Below are positions 37,465 through 48,784 of a stretch of 57,312 nucleotides of DNA, in pieces. Made by a program: the position numbers and the translations under genes. Source of the DNA: Ministeria vibrans ATCC 50519 (taxonomy: Eukaryota; Protista; Filasterea); contig CALSCP010000642.1 in assembly GCA_943704425.1 (NCBI GenBank), positions 48,238-105,549 of the forward strand, read 5' to 3'. The notes beneath the pieces are model-generated. The model worked only from the letters and a program-made list of their open reading frames with translations. It was not told the origin of the DNA and ran no database searches. Position 1 is the first letter of the stretch. Every line of letters begins with the position of its first letter.

Positions 37465-40400
37465 ATGTCTGACACCGAAGGCACCGAAGAGACGTGCGTC
37501 GTGTGCTTTGAGCCGTTGGTTCTCTCGACGATTGGCGAGTGTGGCCATCGCATTTGCGACGCGTGTACGCTGCGCCAGCGCGTGCTCACCAAGAGCCAGG
37601 CGTGCCCCTTGTGCCGCACCGACCTCCCCGTCGTTTACATGTCGGCCAATCCGCTTGCAACCTTCCAGGAGCTCTCCAGAGCGCGTCGCCCACTCGAAGA
37701 CCGTCGCAGCGGCATCGTCTACCAGTCCGCCCAACAGCGCAACGCCGTGGAGAACCTCTTGGCCCTCAGATGCTCAAAGTACGCCCCATGCATCGACGAA
37801 AATACTCTTTGGTTGAGCAATATGTTTCGAAACTGCGACTTGCTTTCAATCCGCTCCTCTTCCGCTCCTCTTCTATTTGTGTGCTGCGCACCTCACCACG
37901 AGTGTGCGTAGTGTTTGTGCGCGTGTCTGTTCTGGCAGATCCAGTCGATGTCTTGCAGCGGATTCTTTGGGATGAGTGATCTTTTCTTGCATAACGGCTT
38001 TTTTTTTTGGGTGCTTTTTTTTTCGCTTCTCAGGTGCACTCACAAGGACGCCTGCTTTGTGTCGCTGGGCAAGTTCAAGGAGCACCTTCGACATGAGCAT
38101 CAGCTGTACCTGTGCGATCTCTGCTATCGCAATGTTCATGTGTTCCCCTCTGAACAAAAGGTATATGTCGTGTGTGTGTGTGTGTGCGACCAGAGTGTCG
38201 CTAACGTCTGTATTCTTGTCAGTTGTACACGAAGGAGGAGCTGAGGACACACAGTAGATTCCGCGAGGATGACAATGGCAAGTGTACCGGGCATCCCGTG
38301 TGCGATTTCTGCTCGAAACGCGCCTTCTTCGACAACGACGCACTTCTTGTCCATTTAAATGACAACCACGAACGTTGCGAAGTGTGCCACATGAGTGGTC
38401 GCAAGTACACATACTTTCCGGGTGTTGCTGATCTGCACCAACACTACGCCACGGACCACTATGTGTGCGGCGAAACGGAGTGTCGCGAGCAGAAGCACTT
38501 TGCATTTGCGACTCAAATTGAGCTGAACGCGCATATGAAGGAAGTGCACGATGACAAGTTTAAGGGCATGCAGCGGTCTACACAACGCCAAGCTCTGCGT
38601 ATCGATCTGCACAACGACCTTCCCGACGCACTGGCGAGCGGCAGTACGGCACCAACGACGGCCGGTCGTGGACGTGGCCGTGGCCGCGGAGGAGCTGGTG
38701 GTGGTGGTGGTGGTGGTGGTGGTGGTGGTGGTGGTCCGCGTGGACGCGAGACGGGGGGTGCCTCGGCACGAGCAGAAAGGGGAGGGGGAGGGTCACGCGA
38801 GCCCGATGGCTCCTTTCGTCCCCCGAGTGCTCTTCCGGCACGCACCCTGCAGCACTCGGTTGACAGCGATGACCTTGAACGCATCATATCGGGTAGTCAT
38901 GTGACGGCGGAGCAACAGCAGCAGCAACAGTTGCAACAGCAGCTTCTTCGACAAGAACAACAGCAAGCAGACGAACCCGAAGAGTTCCCCTCTCTGACGG
39001 CCTCCGACGCACACGCACACGCGCGTGCCTTTGGACGCGGTGGGTATGGCGATGCCCTTGGTATGGGCACTCCTGCGACACCCACGAGCGAAACAGACTT
39101 TCCCGTGCTAGGCTCCAGCGTTACTGCGGCTGCTACTGCTGCGGCTGCTAGTGGTTGGGGGAAAAACGCAGAGCAGAAGAGGGTACCACATGCAGCTACC
39201 GCTGTTGCCTCCGAACAGTATCCCGCATTGCCCAGCAAGTCGACAAGGTCGCAGAAGAAGAAGAAGTCGATGCAGAGTAGCGCTCCGTTGACAACATTTG
39301 CCAATAGTACTCCTGCAGGCGAAGCCGAAGCCATTGAGCAGGACTACCCATCGCTTCCTCGCGGTCGTGGTGCTGCCGCTGCTGTTGTCGCTGCCATGTC
39401 TCAAGCTCCCCCCACTTATACTCCTAGTGTCCCTGTTGCGCCTCGTACAGTTCCTCCTCCCACCACCTCTGCGTTTCCAACCCTTTCTCAGACCCTTGGC
39501 GGCAGCAGCAGCAGCAGCAGCAGCAAAAAGTCCAATAAGAAGCGCACAACCACCACCGCAGCTCCAACGTACGAGTCATCCCATTCTACTGCTCCTACTA
39601 CAACCACAGCTGCTCCATTTGCAACGGCACTTTCCTCGGCACCCACTTCCACACGCGCCGCTACTTCCTCATCCCAACAACGCGCACCCCCCGCCTCACT
39701 CACCTCTTCCGCCGACTACCCATCTCTTCCCTCTTCGAAACCTTCCTCAGTGCGACCCTCCGCACGACCCTCCGCTCCCTCACACACATCTTCTGCTGAC
39801 TATCCGTCACTGCCCATTTCCAAAATGAAGACGGCCAAGGCATCGTACTCGTTGTCCTCCTCCAGCTCCTCGGCTCGTCGTCGCGCAAACCCATCATCTG
39901 CTGCCGCTTCTGCCGCTTTTGCTGACCTTGAAACTGCCAACGAAGAGGCCGTGGCGGCGTTGCGCATGGAGGAAGAGCGCACGGCGGCCGAAGCAGCTCG
40001 CAAGCGTCGCGAGAAACTCGAACAGGCCGAGCGTGAACGGGCGTTTCTTGCCGAACAAGAGCGTGCTGTGCTGACACAGCAGCAGATGCAAGGGCAACAA
40101 CAACAGCAGCAGCGGCAGCAGCAGCAGAAAAGGCTCAGCAAGGGCAATCCAGTGCCGGCCACGTCTGTTGCTGCGCGTGTCGTCCAGAGCGGCGAGTACA
40201 GTGAGAGGCGCGAGGCTGCTCTGGCCTTGATTAGAACGGCTATGACTACGGATACTTTTGAAACGTTCAAGACGCTTCTCTATATGTTCCGCGAAGGCAA
40301 CATGAGCGCCTCGGAGTTCTACGACTTCTTCGTGTCGAGCGTTGGCTCTCAACGTGCTCCGTCGCTCTTCAAGCCTCTCAACGACCTCATCAGCGAGCCG

Positions 40401-40652
40401 CAGCGTCGCTTAGAGTTCCTGCAGGCGCACTCGAGCAGTGTCACGCGCTCTCGGCGCGCCGAAGAGGAACGTCTCCGCCAAGAGATGTCCAACAAGAAAG
40501 CACCTCGCATTGTCGCAGTGAACGCCGCACCTCAATGGCGCGCCCGTGGACCCGCTCCCCCTTCCGCCGCAGCACCCTCCTCACAGACGCAACCCCAGTC
40601 CGACAGTGACGACGCCTTTCCTACTCTTGGTCGAGGCGGTCGTCGCAAGTAA
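37465..40652 (+). CDS. ZNF598: Ribosome-collision E3 ubiquitin ligase ZNF598/Hel2
   Basis: Exons 37465-37778, 38034-38160, 38223-40652. RING CVVC...GECGHRICDACTLRQRVL...CPLCR; LYLCDLC...HVFPSEQKLY; GHPVCDFC..F.D.D.L..HL...HERCEVC; HYVC...CRE...FAFATQIELNAH; long low-complexity region; C-terminal helical domain (FETFK...FREGNMSASEFY). Confidence 0.9.
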
Positions 40653-40769
40653 AGTAAAGTAAAAATAAACAAAAAATATGTGTTTAACAAAACAAAAAAA
40701 ACCAATTGGCAAAGTGATAAAGAGAGGAGCGAAGAAAGAAACAAGATGACAGGGGGCACCAAGATCAAT

Positions 40770-42253
40770 TCACTCTGCCTCAGTGAGATACTGCAGACGG
40801 GCAGTGACCGCCTCGTATGCTGCATCCATTGAACTGCCCTTGGACCGGCGTGTCACCAAATTTGCAATACGATCAGCATCCGCCGATGACAACACATCAT
40901 CCTCCTCCTGGGTCCACAGTGGCTCTACACACAACACAACAGTCATTCTCTCCCTCAATCATTCACACTCATTCATTCGTTCGCGGATAGCCACACGCAC
41001 AAAAAAAAATGAAGTAAAAGAACATAACAATCATAATAAAACATAAGTTCTATACACCACTCTCTCGTTTTTGCTCACGTTGAAGAGACGCCTCTTGTCC
41101 ACGAAGCACACGCTGGACAATGTCGACGCGACCCGACGCGCGGTTGAGCAAGTAGAACACCAACGCACCCAGATTCACATTGAGCGACTCCAGACCGCGC
41201 GTTTCGTCCTCAATAAGCTGCAACACTGCGTCCATGCCTTCTGCGTCCGAATCCATCCCCGCCCCCTCCTCCTCTTCCATTCTTTTGTCTGCCTCCTTCT
41301 TCTTCTCCTTTTCTTTGGCTGGTCCCTTTCCCTTCCTGTCGTGTCGCGGCTTCTTGGCCGCTGACACCTCACCCTGCGTCTCTTCGTCGTCCTGGGTCTC
41401 TCGCTCACGCTTCACCGCTTTCACCGCTTTGACCTTTGCTGCTACCGTTGGGTTTGACGTTGCTGCTGCTGCTGCTACTGCTGTTGTGGTGGTGGTGGTA
41501 GTTGTGGGCAGCACTCTTTTCTTCCGTGGAGACACTCTGATCTTGGACTGACTCGGGTCCTCCTCCACTTCGTCTTCCTTCTCCTCTTCGTCATCATCAT
41601 CGCCGTCCTCCCGTGTTACTTTCTCGACTACCCCAGCCAGTCCTAATGCCTCTGCATCCTTAGCACCGGGCTTTGCCATAAGGGCCGCCTGCTTGGCCTT
41701 CTTCAGCGCACGAATGTCTGCAACACACGCAAAAAAAAATCAACCAGTGCATAAAAAAGAGTGTGCGTACAATTATCGGATTTAAGGACATGATCACGAA
41801 AACGTCGGCGAATGGTGTCAACACTGCGACCGTTTGGATTATACTAGAGCAATACCGTGCGGTGAGGATAAGTAATAGGTGGCGCACTCTCATTCTTTTG
41901 TACCTTGTCGTTCTTCTCGATGGCCATCCACAGCTTTTGACTTGTATCGGGCAGATGAAGATTCATGCATCGCCACTCGGTGAGCTTGTCATCTTCCTCG
42001 ACAGTATACTCTCTTCGAATGAAAAACGAGAAAACAAAAACGTTAGACATCATCAGGATCAACAACAACGTACAATCTCGAACGCTTTTTGGGAGTTTCG
42101 GGAGCTTTGACGACATAGCGCTCCAAGTCGGCAAGCTTGTTGTGTAGACAAGAGTCTCGAAGAAAGGCCAGCTGGTAAAGAGGCCGAGTGCTGGGGAACC
42201 ACTGGAAGAGAGAAAGAGAGAGGGAGAAAGAAAGGAGGGAGAAAGAAACAAAG

Positions 42254-42339
<86 letters not shown>

Positions 42340-42349
42340 TNNNNNNNAC

Positions 42350-42384
<35 letters not shown>

Positions 42385-45300
42385 ATTGTCAGAATCAGGA
42401 AAAAGCGACAGCGCTGCTTCCCCTCTCCACGCACACCCACACACACACACCCACCCACACACCTTGCGGAAGTCCTCCTTCTCGATGGCGTCGTTAAACA
42501 CCTTTTCAATCTGAAGCTTAAACTCAGAGTCAGCCACGACCAGCAGGGGAGCCACGCACAGCAAGGCAGCCACAACCACGATCCTCATTCTCACGGTACG
42601 CAACAAAAACAAATAGTGTAAGAGTAATTTTATTTGTTTTATTTGTATGGTATTAAAATACCGCAGGAAAATTAATCGAAAGGTAAATGATTCTATAATC
42701 ACTCACTTCACAGCCTCTCACTCATGCGGCTGCTACGACTTGCACTGCTGCTTCTTACAGCTTCCTCACTCTGTTCTGCTGCCAAGTAAGGCACCACGCG
42801 TCACAGAACGAGCGCACAGCAGCTCTGACTCGCTTCCGTCTGTTATAGTCGAGTGTCGATCCGAGAAGCAGACGACCGCTCGCAATCCGTCCATTTTGTG
42901 GGCACAGACGGCGAGGCGGTGACTGTGGTGGCGTATGGGGCGGTGGATATTGCGGAGGGGCCGCTCCTGGTGGGCGGAGAGGCGTTGAGCAATATCACGA
43001 AGGGAGTGGAAACACTTCGGACGGCGCTGGACGCTCTTGCGCTCTCCGTTGCGGGTCTGCAGCCCTCGACGGTGTGCAGTCTTGCGTGTGGCCCCCATGG
43101 GTCGTGCGTCGTCGACATAGACGCGTCGCAGCAGTGCATATGCGACGCTTTTTACGCAGGTGAGGTGTGCGACCAGCTCGTGTGTCCGCAGTGCCTGAAC
43201 GGCGCCGCATGCACGCTGGCCTCGTCCGCCCTGCCGACCTGCCAGTGCTCCGACGCGTACACGGGGGTCTTCTGCGAGACGCCTCTTGCGTGTGCCTCCA
43301 ATCCGTGTGTCGCCGGCACTTGTCAGGAGGTGTCACAGGCGGCGGGTCCCAACTCGTTTGCTTGCCTGTGCACTTCCACGACATCCGGTGTCCTTTGCCA
43401 GCACCCGTGTGCTGCAGGATTCGTCAAGACGGCTACTCAGGAGACGGTGGCCGCCTCGTGTGTACCTTGTCCCAAAGGCACTTTTCAAATGGACAACACT
43501 TGTGCTCCCTGCGAAATGGGTATTCGTATGAATCCGGTGTGCGAGTCTGCTGATTCTTTCTCTTTCTTGCAGGACATTACGCCAATGAGACAGGCTTGAC
43601 GGCATGCACTGCGTGTCCTCTGGGTTCGATTGCCGCTGCGCCTGAGGCCCACACGTGCTCACAGTGTCCCATTGGAGCCATCGCGGCACAAACGGGCCTC
43701 TCTGTGTGCACTCCCTGTCCTCTGGGCGACACCACATTTGCTGTTGGTGCATCTGTGTGTGTTGTGCATCCGTGTACATCGCGTCCGTGCTACGACGGGA
43801 GCACGTGCAGTACGAACAGCAACGGGTCCTCCTTTGCCTGCGATTGTGCGCCGGGTCATACAGGCAACCTCTGTGAAAGCGCTCTCGTTTGCTACTCGTC
43901 ACCCTGCCAAAACGATGGCACCTGCCGCGAGCCAGGATCTTCTTTGGCCCAAAGTGGGCTACTAACGGTCCTCTGTGATTGTTTACCTGGCTTCACAGGA
44001 AGTCACTGCGAGACGACCATTGTACCTTGTGATTCGAACCCTTGCCAGAATGGCGGTACCTGCGCGCCCACCTCTTCTTCTATTGCCTGTACCTGTCCCG
44101 CAACGCACACCGGCTTTTTTTGTGACACTCTTCTTGTATGTGCCTCGTCGCCCTGTCAGAACGGTGGCATTTGCCATGAACCAGGAACCTTTACGGGACA
44201 AGGTGATGTGACGCCGAACGACAGTTTCAAATGTGAGTGTCCCTCCAACTTGACCGGGCGCCTCTGTGAGACTCTTATTCATCCTTGCCATTCAAATCCC
44301 TGTGAGAACGGCGGTACATGCGTGGCTGACACGCCGCTTTCATTCACGTGTACCTGTCCAGTGACACATGTTGGCACTCTCTGTGGCACCACTCTTGAGT
44401 GTTTCTCATCGCCTTGTCAAAACGGCGGCCAGTGTCACGAGCCGGGATCACTTGATGTTCAAGGAAGTCCCAACAACGCACTTGTATGTGTTTGCACCAC
44501 CGATTACACCGGTGATGTGTGTGACTCGGAGGCACACACGTGTGTGACGAACCCCTGCTTGAATGGTGCCACATGCATCTCTACGACGCCCACGACGCAC
44601 ACGTGTATGTGTCCGGCGACTCACACGGGCACTCTCTGTGACATCCTTCTCCACTGCCACTCGTTGCCCTGTCAGAATGGCGGCCTCTGTGAAGAACCAG
44701 GATCCGCTGGGAGTGTCATTGGTCCCTCGTGCGTGTGTATGGCCGACTTCACTGGCAAAGTCTGTGAGACGATTATTTCTGACTGTGAGTCGAGTCCCTG
44801 CCTTCACGGCGGGACATGCAAAGTCACCAACTCGAATCTAGGCCACTTGTGCATGTGTGCGGCGGGATTCACCGGTCCCCAGTGCGACTCAAATGTCGAC
44901 GAGTGTGCTTCGTCGCCGTGTCGACATGGTGGCACGTGCACTGATACTACGGACGCCCATAGCTGTGCGTGTGTGAATGGATTCACGGGCACCCTCTGTG
45001 AGACAAACATTGACGATTGCCACCTGCCAAATGCGTGTCTCAATGGTGGTATTTGTCGGGACGGCATTGCTTCCAAGATATGTGTGTGTCTGGCCGGCTA
45101 CACTGGTCCGCAATGTGAACAGGACATTGACGAGTGTCTGTCGTCGCCCTGTGTCAATGGTGGCCATTGTATTGACGCACCCAGCAATTTTACCTGTGAC
45201 TGTCACAATGGTTTTACGGGCACTCTGTGCCAGACTAGTGTTGAAGAGTGTGCATCGAGTCCGTGCTTTAATGGCGGCTCGTGTCATGACCGAGTGGGTG

Positions 45301-47309
45301 CTTTCAAGTGCGACTGCGTGACAGGGTACACGGGAGTGAGATGCCAGCACAATCTCAATGACTGTACGTCATCGCCGTGTCTGAATGGTGCTGTGTGCAA
45401 CGACGGACTCGACTCGTTTGAGTGTGTGTGTGCCATTGGCTACACCGGCACACACTGTGAGTCGACCATTGATGAGTGTGCGTCCAATCCCTGTCAGAAC
45501 TCTGGTAGTTGTGCCAATAATGGCCATTTGTCGTTTACCTGCACGTGTCTTTCGATCTACACGGGCACGCACTGCGAGACGCTGATAAATGGGTGTGCGT
45601 CGAGTCCCTGTATCAATGGCGGCACCTGTAAGTTCCTCTCCTCTTTTCCATTCTTCACTTGCCGCTGTCCAGATGGCTTTCAAGGGACCCGCTGCGAGAT
45701 GAATGCCCCTGTCGAGTGTGTTTCACAGCCGTGTCTTTTTGGCGGCACCTGCACAGCCACGCCAAGCTCTAGCTTCCTCTGTACGTGCCTTAATGGCTAT
45801 ACGGGTACCGACTGCGGCACAGCGGACGCTTGCGCCTCTAGTCCCTGTCACGGAGGACAAACCTGTCAACCCAAACCTCACGTTTTGGATGGTTCTTATC
45901 AGTGTTGTGGCGATACGAGTGCGTGCTTACTGGATCCGACTGTATAGCAGTAGTACAATAAAATAATAATACGTCATGTTTTATTATTATTATTATTATT
46001 CGTTGTATAATAATAATAATAAAAGTATCTTTTATTCTTATTTGCATTCGTATTTGTACTGCATCTCTACACTAACAACCTGACAATGCAACTGTCCCTG
46101 TCGCGTTCGGTCTGAATGTTCGCTAACGACAGACCGGAGTGGTGCGTTCAATGCCGTCCTTGAACGTCTGCATTGCTCGTTGATGAGATCCCCCAATCCT
46201 AAATCCCCTATTTTCTGAATTCCTTTGCCGCCCGGCGCCCGCTGAGGTGCGGAAGCAAAAATCGTCACAAAAACGATTTTTCATTTCGATTAATTTGTGC
46301 AGTCGAACTGATTCATAATAATAATCGTCATTTCCTTTGCTTTCTTTCTTTCTTATACTACTATGCCCCACAGACACGCACGCACTGCCCTACTGGGTCT
46401 TACGGCAGTTTCAGTGTGTGTGCTGCTGTATGTTGGGTCAAGACCGGGTCTGTGGGCCGTAGAAGACGCTGTTTTGCCGGCGGTTGATGTGCGACAGGAC
46501 ACATCGGGACGTGTCGCCCCAACAGCGGAACCAGCGCCACGTCGTCCGCCGGCGCGCGCTCCATATGTCGAACTACCTCCCGGCTATGACGAATGGGTCG
46601 AGCACGAGGAGCAGAACGCGACAGCGTTGCCAGCACGCGCTCCCAAAGTGTTTGAGCAGCGCAAGAAGTGGGTTGCGACGTGCGACCGAATCAAGCACAA
46701 ACACCCACAAGAGCGCTTTCTTCTGCCCATCCTGCCCTTTGGTCCGTCAAATCAATACATGGGCTTTATCGAGTCGGTGAGAGATAGACAGAGAGACGCA
46801 CACGCACGCGGATTGTGAGCACGAATGACACTGATTGGCATTGTGTTTCCTCCATTGTGCCTCGCAGGTGTTGATCGCACGCGCACTTGGGCGCACGCTC
46901 ATTCTCCCTGCATTTCGTGAGCATTACCTTGAAAGCGCGCGCCACAATCGCGTTCACAAGCCGCATTTTCATGATTTTGAGTCGATATTTGAGCGACAAC
47001 ACATTGAAGCGACGAGCGGAATACGGACCATTCTGCTCGACGAGTACCGCCAGCAGCACCCCGAGCACACCATCGACCTTATACTACACTTTCGTGCCGA
47101 GTTTGAGACATCACAACGGCTCTTTGAGGTCGGAACGGGTCTCAATTGGACTGTTCGTCACTCGATGCGCATCGAAAAACATCCCATTGACTTCCACTCG
47201 CCGGAAACCATCAAAGCTGAACTTGGAGAGTGCTCGGACCGCCTCATTGCACTTGGTGCCATATTCCTGAATTTGCAGTATCTCCCAATCATCACTCCGA
47301 AACAAGTAA

Positions 47310-47384
<75 letters not shown>

Positions 47385-48599
47385 AAGAAAGTGATAGAGA
47401 GAGAGAGAGAAACAAATGCTAGTTAGTGGGAGTGAAATTGGCATTAGAAGGGACGTGTGTTACTGTGGGGGTGGGGGTGGTGCGGATGGCTGTGCTGCTG
47501 GGGCTGTAGCAGTAGCAATAGTAGCGGCGGTGGTGGTGGTTGGCTGTACAGTGGCTCCCGTCACTTGCCTATTCACATGGTTCAACATAACAACACACTC
47601 TGAGTAATAATTCTCTCTCCCTCTCGATTACTGTGCAATAATGTGTTTTCGGGCTCTGCGATCTAGTCTGCGGTTGTACATATCAAACAGAGTCAACTTC
47701 AATTCTCGTTCAATATTCCGTCGTCGCTCACTCTCCTTCTCATCCTCCTCCTAAAAACACACAAACAGACAATCAACGCCATCAGTGAGAGCCATAGGAA
47801 GAGAGAAAGAAGAGAAAGAAGGGAGGGAGGGAGGGAGAGAAAAGCAGGAGAAAAAACTTGAATCTTGACCTGTAGGGTAAAGTGAGTGTCGTGGTCGGCA
47901 AACACAATATCTTTGACAAGTGACTCTGCGTGTTCGTCATACTCCACTGCGTAATCATCGCGCAGGGCCAGTTGACCCGCAACGGACACATTTACTGCCA
48001 TCTGATAAATACAAAACACACACACACAGAGGGAGAAAGTAAGAAAGAAGAGAGAGAGAGAGAGAGAGAGAACAATGTGATAGAGAGAACAATGTGATAG
48101 AGAGAACAAAGTGATAGTGAAAACAAAGAGAGAAAGCAAAGTGATAGAGAGAACAAAGTGATAGAACAAAGTGATAGAGAGAACAATGCGATAGAACAAA
48201 GTGATAGAGAGATGGAATGAGCGCGAGCAATGGCAATCAGACGTGTGTGTCGCCGCTACCTTATCCTCGGGGGCCAGTCGAATATCAAACTCTTGGTTGC
48301 TGCTCACTAGAACGCCTCCTCCGGCCTAGCGCAGGCCATTGGTAGCGAAACGGCCCATTGGCGAGGTTGAGACGAAAACGAGTCTTGGGCGCGTTCTCGC
48401 GATTACCTCAACCAATTGACGCGCTTCGGCCTTGTCGTGGCCTCGCTCAATGCCAAACACCAGGGGCTTGCCGTCGACCACAAATAGATCCTACGCCAAG
48501 CCATATGAGAAAAACACAATTGTGCTGCAGTCGAGGCACAACCTTGCGAACGCGCGCCAAATCCAACGCGTCTGCCGAAAGAGTAGCCTTAGTGCTCAT
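40770..48599 (-). CDS. RAP1: Telomeric RAP1/TERF2IP homolog (BRCT-Myb-RCT, ~436 aa), interrupted by an apparent 6,058-nt intron
   Basis: Exons 48599-48543, 48490-48407, 48325-48260, then 42201-42074, 42012-41904, 41843-41771, 41717-41079, 40924-40770; phases are consistent. BRCT: DLFVVDGKPLVF...LVEAGGGVLV...LAPEDK|WFPSTRPLYQLAFLRDSCLHNKLADLERY. Myb: RLEYTVEEDD...QKLWMAIE...GRSVDTIRRRFRDHVL. RCT: LNRASGRVD...PLWTQEEDDVL...AVTARLQYL. Confidence 0.8.
42259..42336. repeat. (GA)n microsatellite next to an N gap and a poly-A run
   Basis: Directly visible; preceded by AACAAAGTGATA. Confidence 0.95.
42463..42588 (-). CDS. Orphan first exon encoding a signal-peptide-like leader (MRIVVVAALLCVAPLLVVADSEFKLQIEKVFNDAIEKEDFRK)
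   Basis: ATG, hydrophobic N-terminus, 42 codons, ending at the phase-0 donor AAG|gtgtgt. It is divergent from the EGF gene, 135 bp away. No matching downstream exons are in the window other than those of RAP1. Confidence 0.55.
42724..45947 (+). CDS. Secreted multi-EGF protein (~1,035 aa; ~21 EGF-like repeats, Notch/fibropellin-like, plus a few GCC2/3 repeats)
   Basis: Exons 42724-42785, 42849-43519, 43573-45947. Signal peptide MRLLRLALLLLTASSLCSA, then a short amphipathic helix, then tandem CxSxPCxNGGTC...CxCxxGFTGxxC repeats, several of cbEGF type (NVDEC, DIDEC). No TM segment. Confidence 0.9.
46363..47305 (+). CDS. O-fucosyltransferase-like (GT-B) type II membrane protein, 5' half only
   Basis: Exons 46363-46776 and 46868-47305. 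N-terminal TM anchor, Pro-rich stem, motif FGPSNQYMGFIESVLIARALGRTLILPAF. Ends at donor CAA|gtaaga with no acceptor or C-terminal nucleotide-sugar-binding (HxR) half found. Confidence 0.7.
47314..47410. repeat. (GA)n microsatellite containing AAAGTGATAGAGA
   Basis: Directly visible; it separates the FucT and ADA2 fragments. Confidence 0.95.
47460..48001 (-). CDS. ADA2: ADA2/TADA2-like transcriptional adaptor, internal exons only
   Basis: Exons 48001-47870, 47750-47632, 47568-47464 (or to TAA at 47460). AGQLALRDDYAVEYDEHAESLVKDIVF and ERELKLTLFDMYNRRLDRR match the conserved ADA2 core (GYMPxRxxFExEYDNxAE...ELKL...YNxRL). ZZ, SANT and SWIRM domains are absent from the window. Confidence 0.75.
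48050..48212. repeat. Degenerate minisatellite of GAACAA(A/T)GTGATAGAGA units
   Basis: About eight imperfect 15-19-nt units following a (GA)n run. Confidence 0.9.
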
Positions 48600-48784
48600 A
48601 CTGGGCAGCGGAGAGATGAGAGAAGCAGAAACCGTTATTTTTGATTTTACAAATCAAAAGTGATTTTTCATTTTGATAGAGTTTTAGGAAACTTTTTAGT
48701 TTTTTTTTGCTTACATTTTGTTGTTGACCTTGTATGAGTTCGTGGCTAGAGGCACAGAATGCGATTAAGAATTCAAAGCACCAC

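Noticed and set aside
46038-46268. Minus-strand ORF as the missing 5' exon of RAP1
   Set aside because: No BRCT similarity; the convincing BRCT N-half is at 48599-48260.
42253-47422. ORFs with RERERE/SLSLSL tracts
   Set aside because: Translations of (GA)n microsatellites.
42202-48259. The 6-kb block as a classical transposon with a target-site duplication
   Set aside because: No transposase, reverse transcriptase or terminal inverted repeats were seen, and the bounding 18-mer is a multi-copy local motif rather than a unique target site.
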